A stretch of 36,412 bases of DNA from Tissierellaceae bacterium (GCA_029264075.1 JARICQ010000072.1:1-36412), one strand, 5' to 3'; positions 24,332 to 33,979 are shown, numbered from the stretch's first letter. Notes: generated by a model from the letters alone, not told the origin. Program-made: numbers and translations.

Positions 24332-25282
24332 TTAGTTCCCCAGTATCTCCTCTATTATCACATGAGTCTTGCAACCCTCTTTAAAATCAATAATATCAGC
24401 CTCTTTTCCCTCTATAGCTCTTAAGAAATTGTCAAATAAATTTACTAGAGAATCTATCTCCTCTAGTTCTATTTTTTTAGGTGTTTCATCCTTTTTAGAG
24501 AAATATAGGTCATTCCAATTTCTAAGGCTAATAGTTCCATTTGAGCCAATTATATTAAATTCAAGTTTTTCTTTCATTCCAATATCAGAAATACAGTTGA
24601 TTAGTACTTCTATATCCCTTATATTTGCCTTAGTCAAAAGACTTTTTTCAGCCCTATATGTATCTGTTGGATAATTTACAAAGGATTTAATCCCTTCTAT
24701 ATCTCCAAATAATCTTTGCATCAACTGAATATAATGCGTGACTACCTCCCTAGTAAATCCTCCTTGTTCCCTGGTCACTATCCAAGGATTCTTTTGCCAA
24801 GGTCTAGGCCACTCCCTGAAATATCCATGAAATTCCACTCTTAAAATATGACCTAGAGCATTTTTATCTAAGAGTTCCTTGATTTTTTTATATACACTGC
24901 GGTATATAGTAGGAAAATTCATAGCATATACTATATCTTCGCCGTTTGAAAATTCAGCCATAGTCTCTGCTTCTTCTCTTGAATTGGCCAGTGGTTTTTC
25001 ACACAGAAAATGTTTGTTGGACTTAAATATATCTATAGCATAATAATAGTGAAATTTGGGCGGAACTGCAAGATAAATTATATCTATTTCACCATCATCT
25101 AATAGCTCCTCATAAGAGCTGTAGCCATCTATCCAATATTTTCTAGATATTTCAAGCATCCTATCCATATCCCTGTCATATAATCCCTTGATTTTAACAT
25201 CGGGATGATTCATTGAAGCATTTATTAATCTTTCTGCCATTACCCCAGCACCTATAATTCCTAAACTATACTTTTTTCCCAT
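24332..25282 (-). CDS. Gfo/Idh/MocA family NAD(P)-dependent oxidoreductase
   Basis: 316 aa. The N-terminal Rossmann motif is [14 protein letters not shown], followed by the family EKP motif (FLCEKPLA). The C-terminal alpha/beta domain is present. The substrate cannot be determined from sequence alone. Confidence 0.8.
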   Translation of the reverse strand: MGKKYSLGIIGAGVMAERLINASMNHPDVKIKGLYDRDMDRMLEISRKYWIDGYSSYEELLDDGEIDIIYLAVPPKFHYYYAIDIFKSNKHFLCEKPLANSREEAETMAEFSNGEDIVYAMNFPTIYRSVYKKIKELLDKNALGHILRVEFHGYFREWPRPWQKNPWIVTREQGGFTREVVTHYIQLMQRLFGDIEGIKSFVNYPTDTYRAEKSLLTKANIRDIEVLINCISDIGMKEKLEFNIIGSNGTISLRNWNDLYFSKKDETPKKIELEEIDSLVNLFDNFLRAIEGKEADIIDFKEGCKTHVIIEEILGN

Positions 25283-25413
25283 CTTTCACCCTTCTTTCTA
25301 TTTAGACTAACGAAATATAACTCTAATTGTAACACATAGATGAAGTTTTTAAAATGAATATTTTAAATAATCTCGATTATATATATTTATCCTGCATAAG
25401 CTGGTAAAATTTG

Positions 25414-25422
25414 TGGTATAAA
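25414..25422 (+). promoter_or_regulatory. extended -10 element (TGgTATAAA) upstream of the MoxR operon
   Basis: Reads tttgTGgTATAAAtt, about 28 nt upstream of the ATG at 25450. The -35 is weak. Confidence 0.4.
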
Positions 25423-25449
25423 TTAAGATGAAAGGCCAGGGGATAATAA

Positions 25450-26397
25450 ATGGATAATACAAATGCAATAAAATTGTTAAATAATCTTAAAAAAGCAATA
25501 ATAGGCAAGGACCAAGTACTAGAGATGCTAATCATCTGTCTAATATCAAGAGGTCATCTACTTATTGAAGATGTTCCGGGTGTAGGAAAGACAACTCTTG
25601 TGAAGGCATTGGCAAAGAGCATAGGCCTAAGCTACAAGAGAGTTCAGTTTACATCCGATTTGATGCCTTCAGATATCATTGGAGTAAGTGTATACGACAA
25701 AGAAAGCAGCTCTTTTATCTTTAAAAAAGGTCCCATATTCAATCAAATATTTCTTGCAGATGAAATAAATAGGGCATCGCCTAAAACCCAATCTAGCCTT
25801 CTCCAAGCTATGGCTGAGGGTGAAATTTCTACAGATGAAGGCCACTATATTTTAAAAGGGCCATTTATGGTGCTTGCAACTCAGAACCCTCTTGAATATC
25901 AGGGTACATTTCCACTTCCCGAAGCTCAGCTAGATAGGTTTTTGATGCGCCTATCCCTAGGCTACCCTGAAAAAGAAGACGAAATAGCCATACTAGAAAA
26001 TTACAAGAGTATAAGAAAACTTGAAAATATTGAGGCAGTTTTATCCAGAGAAGATATACTAGCCATGCAAGACCAGACAGATAATTTGACAGTGAAAAAA
26101 GCTATAATAGATTATATTGTAAACATATCAAATTCGACTAGAAACAACAAGGACTTGATCCTAGGAGCAAGCCCCAGAGCCTCTATAGATCTGTTAAGAG
26201 CTGCAAAGGCCCATGCCTATATAAGAGGTCGCGACTATGTGATTCCCGATGATGTAAAAAAAATAGTTCCAGCTGTCCTGTCACATAGACTTATGCTATC
26301 ATCTGAGGCTAGAATCGAGAGAAAAAATATAGCTGATATATTGAATGCTATATTGAAAGGAATATATGTGCCGGTGATTTCAGATGAAGAACAATAG
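25450..26397 (+). CDS. MoxR-family AAA+ ATPase
   Basis: 315 aa. Walker A is EDVPGVGKT and Walker B is IFLADEINRASPKTQSSLLQAMAE. It also has ATQNP.E..GT.PLPEAQLDRF and the C-terminal GASPRA lid. SD AGGGG is 7 nt upstream. Confidence 0.92.
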   Translation: MDNTNAIKLLNNLKKAIIGKDQVLEMLIICLISRGHLLIEDVPGVGKTTLVKALAKSIGLSYKRVQFTSDLMPSDIIGVSVYDKESSSFIFKKGPIFNQIFLADEINRASPKTQSSLLQAMAEGEISTDEGHYILKGPFMVLATQNPLEYQGTFPLPEAQLDRFLMRLSLGYPEKEDEIAILENYKSIRKLENIEAVLSREDILAMQDQTDNLTVKKAIIDYIVNISNSTRNNKDLILGASPRASIDLLRAAKAHAYIRGRDYVIPDDVKKIVPAVLSHRLMLSSEARIERKNIADILNAILKGIYVPVISDEEQ

Positions 26398-27589
26398 AGT
26401 TTTAGCCTTATTTCTTTTTCTTTTAACTCTTATGTCTACAATACTTGTAGGCGGGACTCTTCCTTATTTTATTTTTTATATACTAATACTAGCCATATCA
26501 ATTCCCTTAATTCAAAGCCTAATCTCTATCAGGAGTTTAGAGGCTCGTATTATAGTGCCCGAAGCTTCCCTTTATAGCGATGATAAGATAGACCTAAATT
26601 ACAAAATAAGCAACACTGGATTTTTCTCAATACCCTATCTTGAAATTGAAGATGAAATCTCCAAAAAACTTACTAAAAAAGATCCCAAAAAAACAATTAT
26701 ATCATTAGAAAAGGCTGAGAGTTATCGGGAAAATAAAACCATATATCTAAATAGAAGGGGCTACTATGAGTTGGTATCCATCAAGGTCCGTGTTAGAGAT
26801 GTCTTTGGCCTGTATTCTTTTAATAAAACCTTGTCCAGTTCTTCTTCACTCCTAGTCTATCCACGCCCTATAGAAATAAATAACTTTAAAATAATATCCA
26901 GCCAAGTATCAGGAGAGCTTTTGGTAGATGAGTCTACCTCTAAGGATAAGACTAGCATCGAGTCTTTTAGAAACTATGTTTCAGGAGATTCTATTAAATC
27001 TATCCATTGGAAATTAAGCGGAAAATTTGACCAGTTGATAATTAAAGAATATGAAAACAGCGGAGACACAAACACCCTCCTACTAGTAGATAATTCAAAG
27101 GAGAATTTTTCAAATGATCTGGATAGAAGAACTGAAGATAAATCGGTTGATATCGCCCTTAGCATTATAGACTATTGCCTCAGAGAAAACATCCCAACCA
27201 CTTTAAAAACTCAAAGAGAAGATTCTCCTATGACTTTACAGGGTCAAGAAGAAGGAGATTTAAAATCATTTTTAGAGCTATTGGCAAAATTGCAAGCAGA
27301 CGGAACTTACAGCTTTAAATCCTTTGTAGATAGCCAGGTAGAGAAGAGTAGAAAAGACACCACCCTTATCTTGATATCCAATTCCCTTGATAGAGAGATA
27401 GCCTCTAGGATCTTGGATATCAAAATGAAGGGACTTAATATTATCTCTATCTTTGTTACAGATATTGAAAATAGTTTTAGAAGGATTGATGTGGATTTAG
27501 AAGTAAGACTTCACCAGGAGGGAATCCCGCTCTATATAATTGACTACAAGGACAGTGTAAAAAATATACTGGAGGGCTATCATGAATAA
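26384..27589 (+). CDS. DUF58 (vWA-like) domain membrane protein
   Basis: 401 aa. It has two N-terminal TM helices. The DUF58 hallmark is FRNYVSGDSIKSIHWKLSGKFDQLIIKEYE. The start overlaps the moxR stop by 14 nt. Confidence 0.85.
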   Translation: MKNNRVLALFLFLLTLMSTILVGGTLPYFIFYILILAISIPLIQSLISIRSLEARIIVPEASLYSDDKIDLNYKISNTGFFSIPYLEIEDEISKKLTKKDPKKTIISLEKAESYRENKTIYLNRRGYYELVSIKVRVRDVFGLYSFNKTLSSSSSLLVYPRPIEINNFKIISSQVSGELLVDESTSKDKTSIESFRNYVSGDSIKSIHWKLSGKFDQLIIKEYENSGDTNTLLLVDNSKENFSNDLDRRTEDKSVDIALSIIDYCLRENIPTTLKTQREDSPMTLQGQEEGDLKSFLELLAKLQADGTYSFKSFVDSQVEKSRKDTTLILISNSLDREIASRILDIKMKGLNIISIFVTDIENSFRRIDVDLEVRLHQEGIPLYIIDYKDSVKNILEGYHE

Positions 27590-29849
27590 GGATGGAAGAT
27601 ATCTATTTAATCTCATATATTTTGTATTTGTATTTACTTTAACTACTCTTATAGGAAATATAATATCACTTGATATAAATATATTTTATCAGGTATTGAT
27701 AGTCCTTATATTTATATTTTTTATCAAATTTTCCATATACAAGCCCTTCTTATTTCCCTTGATCATACTTTTAAGCTCCATAGTCTCATTCATATTAAAT
27801 AGATATATTAGTTTTTTACCTGGTCTTTTTAATAGACTAGGATATCTATTTGAGAATATAATTCAAAATCTCAGAGGAAGACAAGAGGTCTTTGAGGAGA
27901 ATATTATTTTGTTTTGGCTTATCATTTTATTTATAGTATCTATATTTACATGCTTCTTTATATTTAAAAAGAAAAAACCTTGGCTATTGTTCTTTACTTA
28001 TATGCCTGTATTTTCCTATTATTGGTATACTTTCTATAATGAAGCCTTGTTTTTTATGGCCATATTTCTAATCTCCTTTATAGGACTTGTTGGACTCAAT
28101 TCATATGCGCGCGAGAGTAGAAGACTCTCATCTTCTCCTGACTATGAACTAAAGAATATTTATCCAAACTGGAGAAAAACTATTATCAGCTACGCCTTTA
28201 TCATAGTTGTAATAGCTGGTCTTATACCTAAAAATAGTGACTATATATCCTGGCCCTGGCTTAGTAGAAGGGTCACTTCAGCCTTCCCTATTGTAGAAGA
28301 ATTTCGGGCCTCTGAAAAAAATAGCAGGAGGAGCGGCGAGGCCAGTTTGTTCGACTTTTCAAATACTGGATTCATGGGTGAAAACTCTAGACTTGGGGGA
28401 CCTGTAGAATTAAGTGATAAAAAAGTGATGACAGTCCTAAGTCCAAGATCAATATATTTAAGGGGAAATGTCTTGGAGGAATATAGTGGCTTTAATTGGA
28501 TGACTGATGAAAATTCCTATGAGTCCTACAATCTCAAGGATGATTTTAGTCGACTGACTACAGATGAGAGATTGCTTTACTACAGGCAGGAAGAGATCAC
28601 CATCACAAATGAACTCTTTTCTTCTACTACTATATTTTCTCCCTATAGGCCCTACAAGGTTTTTTCCAATGATTCCTACCCCCTCCTTGTAGATAGAAAT
28701 CATGCTATAAAGGCCCCAGATGGAGTCTACAAGGATGAAAACTATCTTGTTCGTCTTCAAAGTCCACTGGCTTATGGAATCCTTAAGTCAAAGGGCATAG
28801 ATATGAAAAAGTCAGACCTTGAAAATTTAAATCTCTACCTGGCCCTGCCAGATAATATAAGCCAGAGAACTAGAGATCTCACTAGGGAGATAGTGTCTGA
28901 AAGTGAAACTGACTTTGATAAGGCTGTGACTATCGAAAACTTTCTACGAACAAATTTTCCCTACAATTTGCAGGTAGAGGAAATTCCAGATGGTTGGGAG
29001 TTTGTAGACTACTTTCTATTTGAGGGTGGAGAAGGCTACTGTACCTACTATGCAAGTGCAATGGCTATCATGCTTAGGATAGAGGGTATTCCGACAAGGT
29101 ATATAGAAGGATATTTAGTCAAGGACAGAATAGATGAAGGAAAATATGAGGTCAGGCAAAGAAATGCCCACGCCTGGGTAGAGGCTTATATAGAGCCGGT
29201 AGGATGGATGACCTTTGAAGCTACGCCAGCATTTGAACTCTCACCCAGATTTGAAAATTATAATTTGGATGAAAGCAGGGATATAGACGGATTTGACAAT
29301 AGTGATATAGCCCTTGAAGATTTTCAAAATCTTGGCAGAGGCCAGGATAACTTAGATGGAGAGATTGAAGATGATCCTGATCTAGCCATGGATGGGGCTC
29401 CTGAAAATGAATCAGAGATAAACTATCAATACACCCTGGCTACAGTCTTAGCTATACTCCTTTTCTTTTTCTTCTTAAATATATCAAGAAAGTTTTGGAA
29501 TATAAGAAAAGAAAAGAAGCTCTTTATGGTACTTTCTAAAGATGAAAAAATAAAATATCTATACAAGGACATCTGCAAGATAATTTCCAAGCTTGGATAT
29601 GAGCAAAAATCTGGTGAGACTCATTTTGAGTATGCAGACAGGGTCAACTACAAGTTCTATGGTTTAGATGGTATAGGAATAAGGAGGGTTACAGAAATAT
29701 TTGTAAGTGCAAAATATAGCGACTCTCCATCTTCAGAGGAGGATTTTAACCTGGTTTTAAATTATAAGCATGAGATGGAAAATAGATTGAAAAATCATCT
29801 AGGTAAATTTAAATACTATTATCTAAAATATATAAGGGCCAGGCTCTAG
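27582..29849 (+). CDS. transglutaminase-like cysteine-protease-fold membrane protein
   Basis: 755 aa. The N-terminal region has about 6 TM helices, and a soluble domain follows. The transglutaminase core is GEGYCTYYASAMAIMLRIEGIPTRYIEGY...NAHAWVEAYIEPVGWMTFEATP. An acidic linker, a further TM helix and a C-terminal tail follow. The start overlaps the DUF58 stop by 8 nt. Confidence 0.88.
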   Translation: MNKDGRYLFNLIYFVFVFTLTTLIGNIISLDINIFYQVLIVLIFIFFIKFSIYKPFLFPLIILLSSIVSFILNRYISFLPGLFNRLGYLFENIIQNLRGRQEVFEENIILFWLIILFIVSIFTCFFIFKKKKPWLLFFTYMPVFSYYWYTFYNEALFFMAIFLISFIGLVGLNSYARESRRLSSSPDYELKNIYPNWRKTIISYAFIIVVIAGLIPKNSDYISWPWLSRRVTSAFPIVEEFRASEKNSRRSGEASLFDFSNTGFMGENSRLGGPVELSDKKVMTVLSPRSIYLRGNVLEEYSGFNWMTDENSYESYNLKDDFSRLTTDERLLYYRQEEITITNELFSSTTIFSPYRPYKVFSNDSYPLLVDRNHAIKAPDGVYKDENYLVRLQSPLAYGILKSKGIDMKKSDLENLNLYLALPDNISQRTRDLTREIVSESETDFDKAVTIENFLRTNFPYNLQVEEIPDGWEFVDYFLFEGGEGYCTYYASAMAIMLRIEGIPTRYIEGYLVKDRIDEGKYEVRQRNAHAWVEAYIEPVGWMTFEATPAFELSPRFENYNLDESRDIDGFDNSDIALEDFQNLGRGQDNLDGEIEDDPDLAMDGAPENESEINYQYTLATVLAILLFFFFLNISRKFWNIRKEKKLFMVLSKDEKIKYLYKDICKIISKLGYEQKSGETHFEYADRVNYKFYGLDGIGIRRVTEIFVSAKYSDSPSSEEDFNLVLNYKHEMENRLKNHLGKFKYYYLKYIRARL

Positions 29850-29867
29850 TTTTAGATATAAAAACAA

Positions 29868-29915
29868 CTCCAAGTAACTAATCTAATTTATATTACTTAG
29901 ACTAGCTGCTTGGAG
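29868..29915. terminator. possible bidirectional terminator between the TGase gene and the convergent aminotransferase gene
   Basis: CTCCAAG (29868-74) pairs with CTTGGAG (29909-15), and alternative inner pairing AAGTAA/TTACTT is possible. On the minus strand it is followed by TTGTTTTTA. The loop is large, so confidence is low. Confidence 0.35.
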
Positions 29916-29973
29916 CTTTCATATCAATCTTACATCTATTTTCATTTTAAATATCTATATTATTTTAAATCAA

Positions 29974-31104
29974 TTAATCTCTTGCAAAATACTGGTGTAT
30001 GCTGCCCTTTATGTCAGCTCCAAGTGATTTCAATGTAGTGTCTAAGGCCTTTAAGGTGATATAGAGTTTTTCTTCATAGCAATTCTCTCCCATGTGTCCT
30101 ATCCTAAATACCTTGCCATCGAGGTCTTCAAATGCTCCTGCAATCATTATATTGTGTTCATCTAGCATGGTATTATATATATCCTTAAAGGATATTCCTT
30201 CGGGAACTAAGATTGTAGTTACAGTATTTGCATGGCCCTCTATTGGATAAAGTTCAAGTCCTGCACTTATCAGAGAGTATCTGACCATTTCCGCTATTTC
30301 CTTGTGTCTTTTTACATAGTCTCCTTCTTCTAAGAGTATGTCAAAGGCCACATCGTTTCCATAGATATTATTTGAAAGTTGAGTGTATGGAAACAGCTTG
30401 TCCCTATACCAGTTCTTCCAAATAAGCAAATTGGCATAAAAGGATGCTATTGGTGTTTTCCTATTCTCCATAGTCTCCCAAGCTCTCTTGCTTACAGAGA
30501 CAAAGGTAAGACCGGGCGGACTGGAGATACACTTTTGACTTCCAGATATAACTAGGTCTAGTCCCCATTTGTCAACTTCTAGCTCTTCTCCACCCAAGGA
30601 TGAAACGCTATCTACTATAGACAGTATATCGTATTTATTTAAAAGCTCTCCTATCTCTCCCGCTGGATTTGTAAGACCAGATGGGGTTTCACAATGTACA
30701 AAGGTCGCTAGCTTGAAATCATGGTCCTCTTTTAAAAATTCTTCTAATTTTTCCACATCTATGGCCCTTCTATAGTCTCCAGTAAAGAAAACTACTTCTG
30801 CTCCGTAGATCTTAGCAAAGTCTCCAAAGCCTTTTCCATAGATTCCATTGTCAATACAAAGGACCCTGTCACCCTCTTCTATAAGAGAAGCACATGCAGC
30901 CTCAAGACCGAGTATTCCCTCTCCCCCCAATATAAGGACATCTTCTTCAGTATTGTATATTTTTTTCAACTTCTCGCAACTAGCCTTGTAAAACTCGAAA
31001 AAACTTGCATCCAAATCTGGATTAGTGGCTTCTCTTGCCATGGCAGCTCTTACTCTTTCATTTACCTGAGTAGGACCTGGCGTCATGATAAATGGTATCT
31101 TCAT
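29974..31104 (-). CDS. class V pyridoxal-phosphate aminotransferase (serine-pyruvate / alanine-glyoxylate aminotransferase family)
   Basis: 376 aa. The N-terminus is TPGPTQVNERV, and VDSVSSLGG is present. The PLP-lysine motif is SGSQKCISSPPGL, and the C-terminus has FRIGHMG. SD GGAGGG is 5 nt upstream. Confidence 0.85.
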   Translation of the reverse strand: MKIPFIMTPGPTQVNERVRAAMAREATNPDLDASFFEFYKASCEKLKKIYNTEEDVLILGGEGILGLEAACASLIEEGDRVLCIDNGIYGKGFGDFAKIYGAEVVFFTGDYRRAIDVEKLEEFLKEDHDFKLATFVHCETPSGLTNPAGEIGELLNKYDILSIVDSVSSLGGEELEVDKWGLDLVISGSQKCISSPPGLTFVSVSKRAWETMENRKTPIASFYANLLIWKNWYRDKLFPYTQLSNNIYGNDVAFDILLEEGDYVKRHKEIAEMVRYSLISAGLELYPIEGHANTVTTILVPEGISFKDIYNTMLDEHNIMIAGAFEDLDGKVFRIGHMGENCYEEKLYITLKALDTTLKSLGADIKGSIHQYFARD

Positions 31105-31158
31105 ATTATCCCTCCACTTTCGTATGGTTACACTTTTCTGGTCAATAAGTACACTTTA

Positions 31159-31186
31159 ATTATATCATCTTTTATAGCTTAGTCAA
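31159..31186 (-). promoter_or_regulatory. predicted sigma-A promoter (extended -10) for the aminotransferase gene
   Basis: Minus strand: TTGACT (31181-86), a 16-nt spacer ending in TGa, then TATAAT (31159-64). It lies about 55 nt upstream of the ATG. Confidence 0.55.
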
Positions 31187-31347
31187 ATGATTTTATCCAT
31201 AGATAAACTTTCTTCTAATTTATTTATGATAATATCTCCTTCTAGCATTTATCTTATGTCTCAAAATATCCTTTACTTCTATTGAAAAGGCTCAAGAAAA
31301 ACTTAAAATTAAAGCTATCCCTGAGCCCTTCAGATCTTAATATTATA

Positions 31348-32808
31348 TTAAGTTCCACAAAAGGTCCTATAAGCTTTATTTGACTTTGGTGGAAGTTTTG
31401 CATATTTTTCTTGACTCTTTTCATAGCCATAAGGATTTTTCAACTCTTTTAAAAAGTCATTGAAAGGACCATAATCTCCATCCACAGCAGCTTCCAATAC
31501 TTCTTCTACCTTGTAGTTTCTGGGGATTATATATGGATTATTCTCCTTCATTATGCTTTTTATCTTGTCCATAGATAAATCCTGACTCTGGGTCCTATCC
31601 TTCCACCTGCCATGCCAAGCTTTGAAATCTTTACTATCAAATAGCTCCAATAGATCAAATTCATCTAGGCTAAGGGCCACAAAAACATTTGTATAATCGG
31701 CTGTCTTCTCCTTCATGATAGTCAGGAGTTCATCTATTAAATCTAAATCATCTTCCCTAGCTTCTATAAGGCCAAGTTTTCTTCTCATTCCACTTAACCA
31801 ATAGCTCCTACATAAGGGCTCAAATCTATTTAAAGCTTCTTTGGCAATTTCTATAGCCCTGTCCCTATCTTCATCTAGTAGGGGAAGTAGGGTTTCTGCA
31901 AATCTAGTTAGATTCCATTCACCGATACTCGATTGATTTCCATAAGAATATCTTCCCTGCCTATCAATGGAACTAAAGACAGTAGCTGGATCGTATATAT
32001 CCATAAAGGCACATGGCCCATAATCTATGGTTTCACCGCTTATGGTCATATTATCTGTATTCATGACCCCGTGAATAAAGCCCACAAGTTTCCATCTTGC
32101 TATAAGGGAGGCTTGAAGGTCTATTACTCTTTCAAGCAAGGAGAGATAGGGATTGGCATCATTTTGTATCTCCCCAAAATGCCTCTCAATCGAGTAATCA
32201 GAGAGCTCTTTTAAATCATCAAGGCTTCCCCAAGCTGAAGCATATTGAAATGTTCCAAATCTAATGTGACTGGCCGAAACCCTAGTTAGTATTGCACCTT
32301 TTAAGGGTTTTTCTCTATATACCTTGTCTCCCGTTTCCACTAGGGCTAAACTTCTACTTGAAGGTATTCCTAGATAGTGCATGGCCTCGCTTATCAAGTA
32401 TTCCCTAAGCATAGGTCCCAAAGCTGCACGCCCATCTCCCCCGCGTGAATATGGAGTCCTACCTGAGCCCTTAAGTTGAATGTCCACCCTACTTCCATCT
32501 GGCCTTATCTGCTCTCCTAGAAGGAGAGCCCTGCCATCCCCTAGCATGGTAAAATGTCCAAATTGATGACCACCATAGGCTTGTGCAAGCAGGGACATCC
32601 CTTCAGCTTTTCTATTTCCAGCCAATATTTCTATGTTTTCTTCTTTTTTTAACTCATCTGGGTCTAGACCTAGTTCCCAGGAGAGAGATTCGTTCAAGAG
32701 CCTTAGTTTTGGAGAGCTAACTGGATTAACTTCTACTAATCTGTAAAATATATCTGAAAGTCTACTATAACTATTATCTAAATTCCATCCAAGCTTTTTA
32801 CTCTTCAT
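31348..32808 (-). CDS. selO: SelO/YdiU family protein nucleotidyltransferase (AMPylase/UMPylase pseudokinase fold)
   Basis: 486 aa. Motifs are AQAYGGHQFGHFTMLGDGRALLLGE, LKGSGRTPYSRGGDGRA and LREYLISEAMH.LGIP. The inverted-kinase active site is HGVMNTDNMTISGETIDYGPCAFMD. The C-terminus is RTFCGT. Confidence 0.92.
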   Translation of the reverse strand: MKSKKLGWNLDNSYSRLSDIFYRLVEVNPVSSPKLRLLNESLSWELGLDPDELKKEENIEILAGNRKAEGMSLLAQAYGGHQFGHFTMLGDGRALLLGEQIRPDGSRVDIQLKGSGRTPYSRGGDGRAALGPMLREYLISEAMHYLGIPSSRSLALVETGDKVYREKPLKGAILTRVSASHIRFGTFQYASAWGSLDDLKELSDYSIERHFGEIQNDANPYLSLLERVIDLQASLIARWKLVGFIHGVMNTDNMTISGETIDYGPCAFMDIYDPATVFSSIDRQGRYSYGNQSSIGEWNLTRFAETLLPLLDEDRDRAIEIAKEALNRFEPLCRSYWLSGMRRKLGLIEAREDDLDLIDELLTIMKEKTADYTNVFVALSLDEFDLLELFDSKDFKAWHGRWKDRTQSQDLSMDKIKSIMKENNPYIIPRNYKVEEVLEAAVDGDYGPFNDFLKELKNPYGYEKSQEKYAKLPPKSNKAYRTFCGT

Positions 32809-32910
32809 AAAAATTTCCCCTTTAAGTCAAAATTTCATTTATCCTTACTTAAAATTTATACCCATTCTAATCTTTATTCTCTCACACTTTAAAGAATATC
32901 TTTTATAGCC

Positions 32911-33945
32911 TTAAATTAAATCCTTCAGAGAATATATTTTCTTTCCCTTTCTATCGATATCTGAATTTGCAGCTAGCATTGAATTTACTATCGCCTCTTC
33001 TGTTGCATGGACTGTTGCCTTAAAGATAGGGTTTATCTTATCTTCATTAATCATTTTAATATCAATTATATCCTGCTCCTCATAGTGTTTTATTATATTT
33101 GCTGTTGAAAATCCTAGGGCTATTTCTCCACTTCCATTGCCTGAATAGCTGCCTGTTCTAGATATGCCGGGGAAAATTCTTTTAATAACTCTTTTAAGCT
33201 GCCTAGAAGAAAGTGGTATATCTGTAGCTAGTATTGCCATTATAGATCCCTTGTCCTCTGTAGCTATATTCTTGCCTATCCTTTCACATAGGTCCTCGCC
33301 AATATGATTTCCATTTAAAACAAAATCCTCCAAGGATCCAAAGTTGCTAAGTACAAGCACTCCTATAGTATAGTCCCGCCCTCCAAGACTGACTATCCTA
33401 GATGAAGAACCTATACCTCCCTTTAGGTCATAGCAGACCATGCCAGTTCCAGCACCGACATTTCCCTCATCAAATTTACTAGCAGCTATTTCTATCGCCC
33501 TAAGCACATCTTCCTCTCCTATATGGAGGCCTCTGATATCATTGATCCTTCCATCATTACACTCACCTATGATTGGATTTACAGTACCTGTAGTATCACC
33601 GATATCATCATTTCTATCTAATTTATATTTAACTAAAGCCTCGTATGCCCTACCCACACTAAGTGTATTTGTAAGTATAATTGGAGTCTCTATCACACCT
33701 AATTCATCTACTTGAACAAGTCCTGTTGATTTGCCAAAACCATTGATTACATGTGATGCGGCTACTATTTTATCTTTAAAGATATTTCCTGGGTGGGGAA
33801 CTATAGCTGTAGTGCCAGTTTTTATTTTTCCATTGTTTAGGGTTACATTGCCCACTCTGACTCCTTCTACATCAGTTATAGAATTATTTTTTCCCCTCTT
33901 GATATTTCCTATTTCAATTCCATAATCTCTTATTTTATCGTTCAT
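32911..33945 (-). CDS. DmpA/P1 (S58) family aminopeptidase, Ntn-hydrolase type
   Basis: 344 aa. It has ITDVEGVRVGNVTL...TGTTAIVP. The probable self-processing site is in the KGSIMAILATDIPLS context. NSMLAA lies near the C-terminus. SD GAGGTG is 4-5 nt upstream. Confidence 0.85.
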   Translation of the reverse strand: MNDKIRDYGIEIGNIKRGKNNSITDVEGVRVGNVTLNNGKIKTGTTAIVPHPGNIFKDKIVAASHVINGFGKSTGLVQVDELGVIETPIILTNTLSVGRAYEALVKYKLDRNDDIGDTTGTVNPIIGECNDGRINDIRGLHIGEEDVLRAIEIAASKFDEGNVGAGTGMVCYDLKGGIGSSSRIVSLGGRDYTIGVLVLSNFGSLEDFVLNGNHIGEDLCERIGKNIATEDKGSIMAILATDIPLSSRQLKRVIKRIFPGISRTGSYSGNGSGEIALGFSTANIIKHYEEQDIIDIKMINEDKINPIFKATVHATEEAIVNSMLAANSDIDRKGKKIYSLKDLI

Positions 33946-33979
33946 GATTTCACCTCATTTTATATTATTAGTATGATCG

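Noticed and set aside
24264-24374. N-terminal 37-codon extension of the xpt ORF ([10 protein letters not shown]...).
   Set aside because: The extension overlaps the 3' end of the Gfo/Idh/MocA gene and has no SD. The internal ATG at 24263 has a GGAGAG SD and reproduces the canonical Xpt N-terminus.
31289-31327. Hairpin GGCTCA(A)G / CTGAGCC after the selO stop.
   Set aside because: It is a 7-bp stem with a bulge, a 24-nt loop and only four trailing U. It is plausible as a weak terminator but not well enough supported to list as a feature.
31105-32910. Recurring heptamer AAAGTGT upstream of the aminotransferase gene (twice) and selO (once), considered as a shared regulator site.
   Set aside because: A 7-mer is expected several times by chance on two strands of 36 kb. 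Spacing and orientation are not consistent between the sites.
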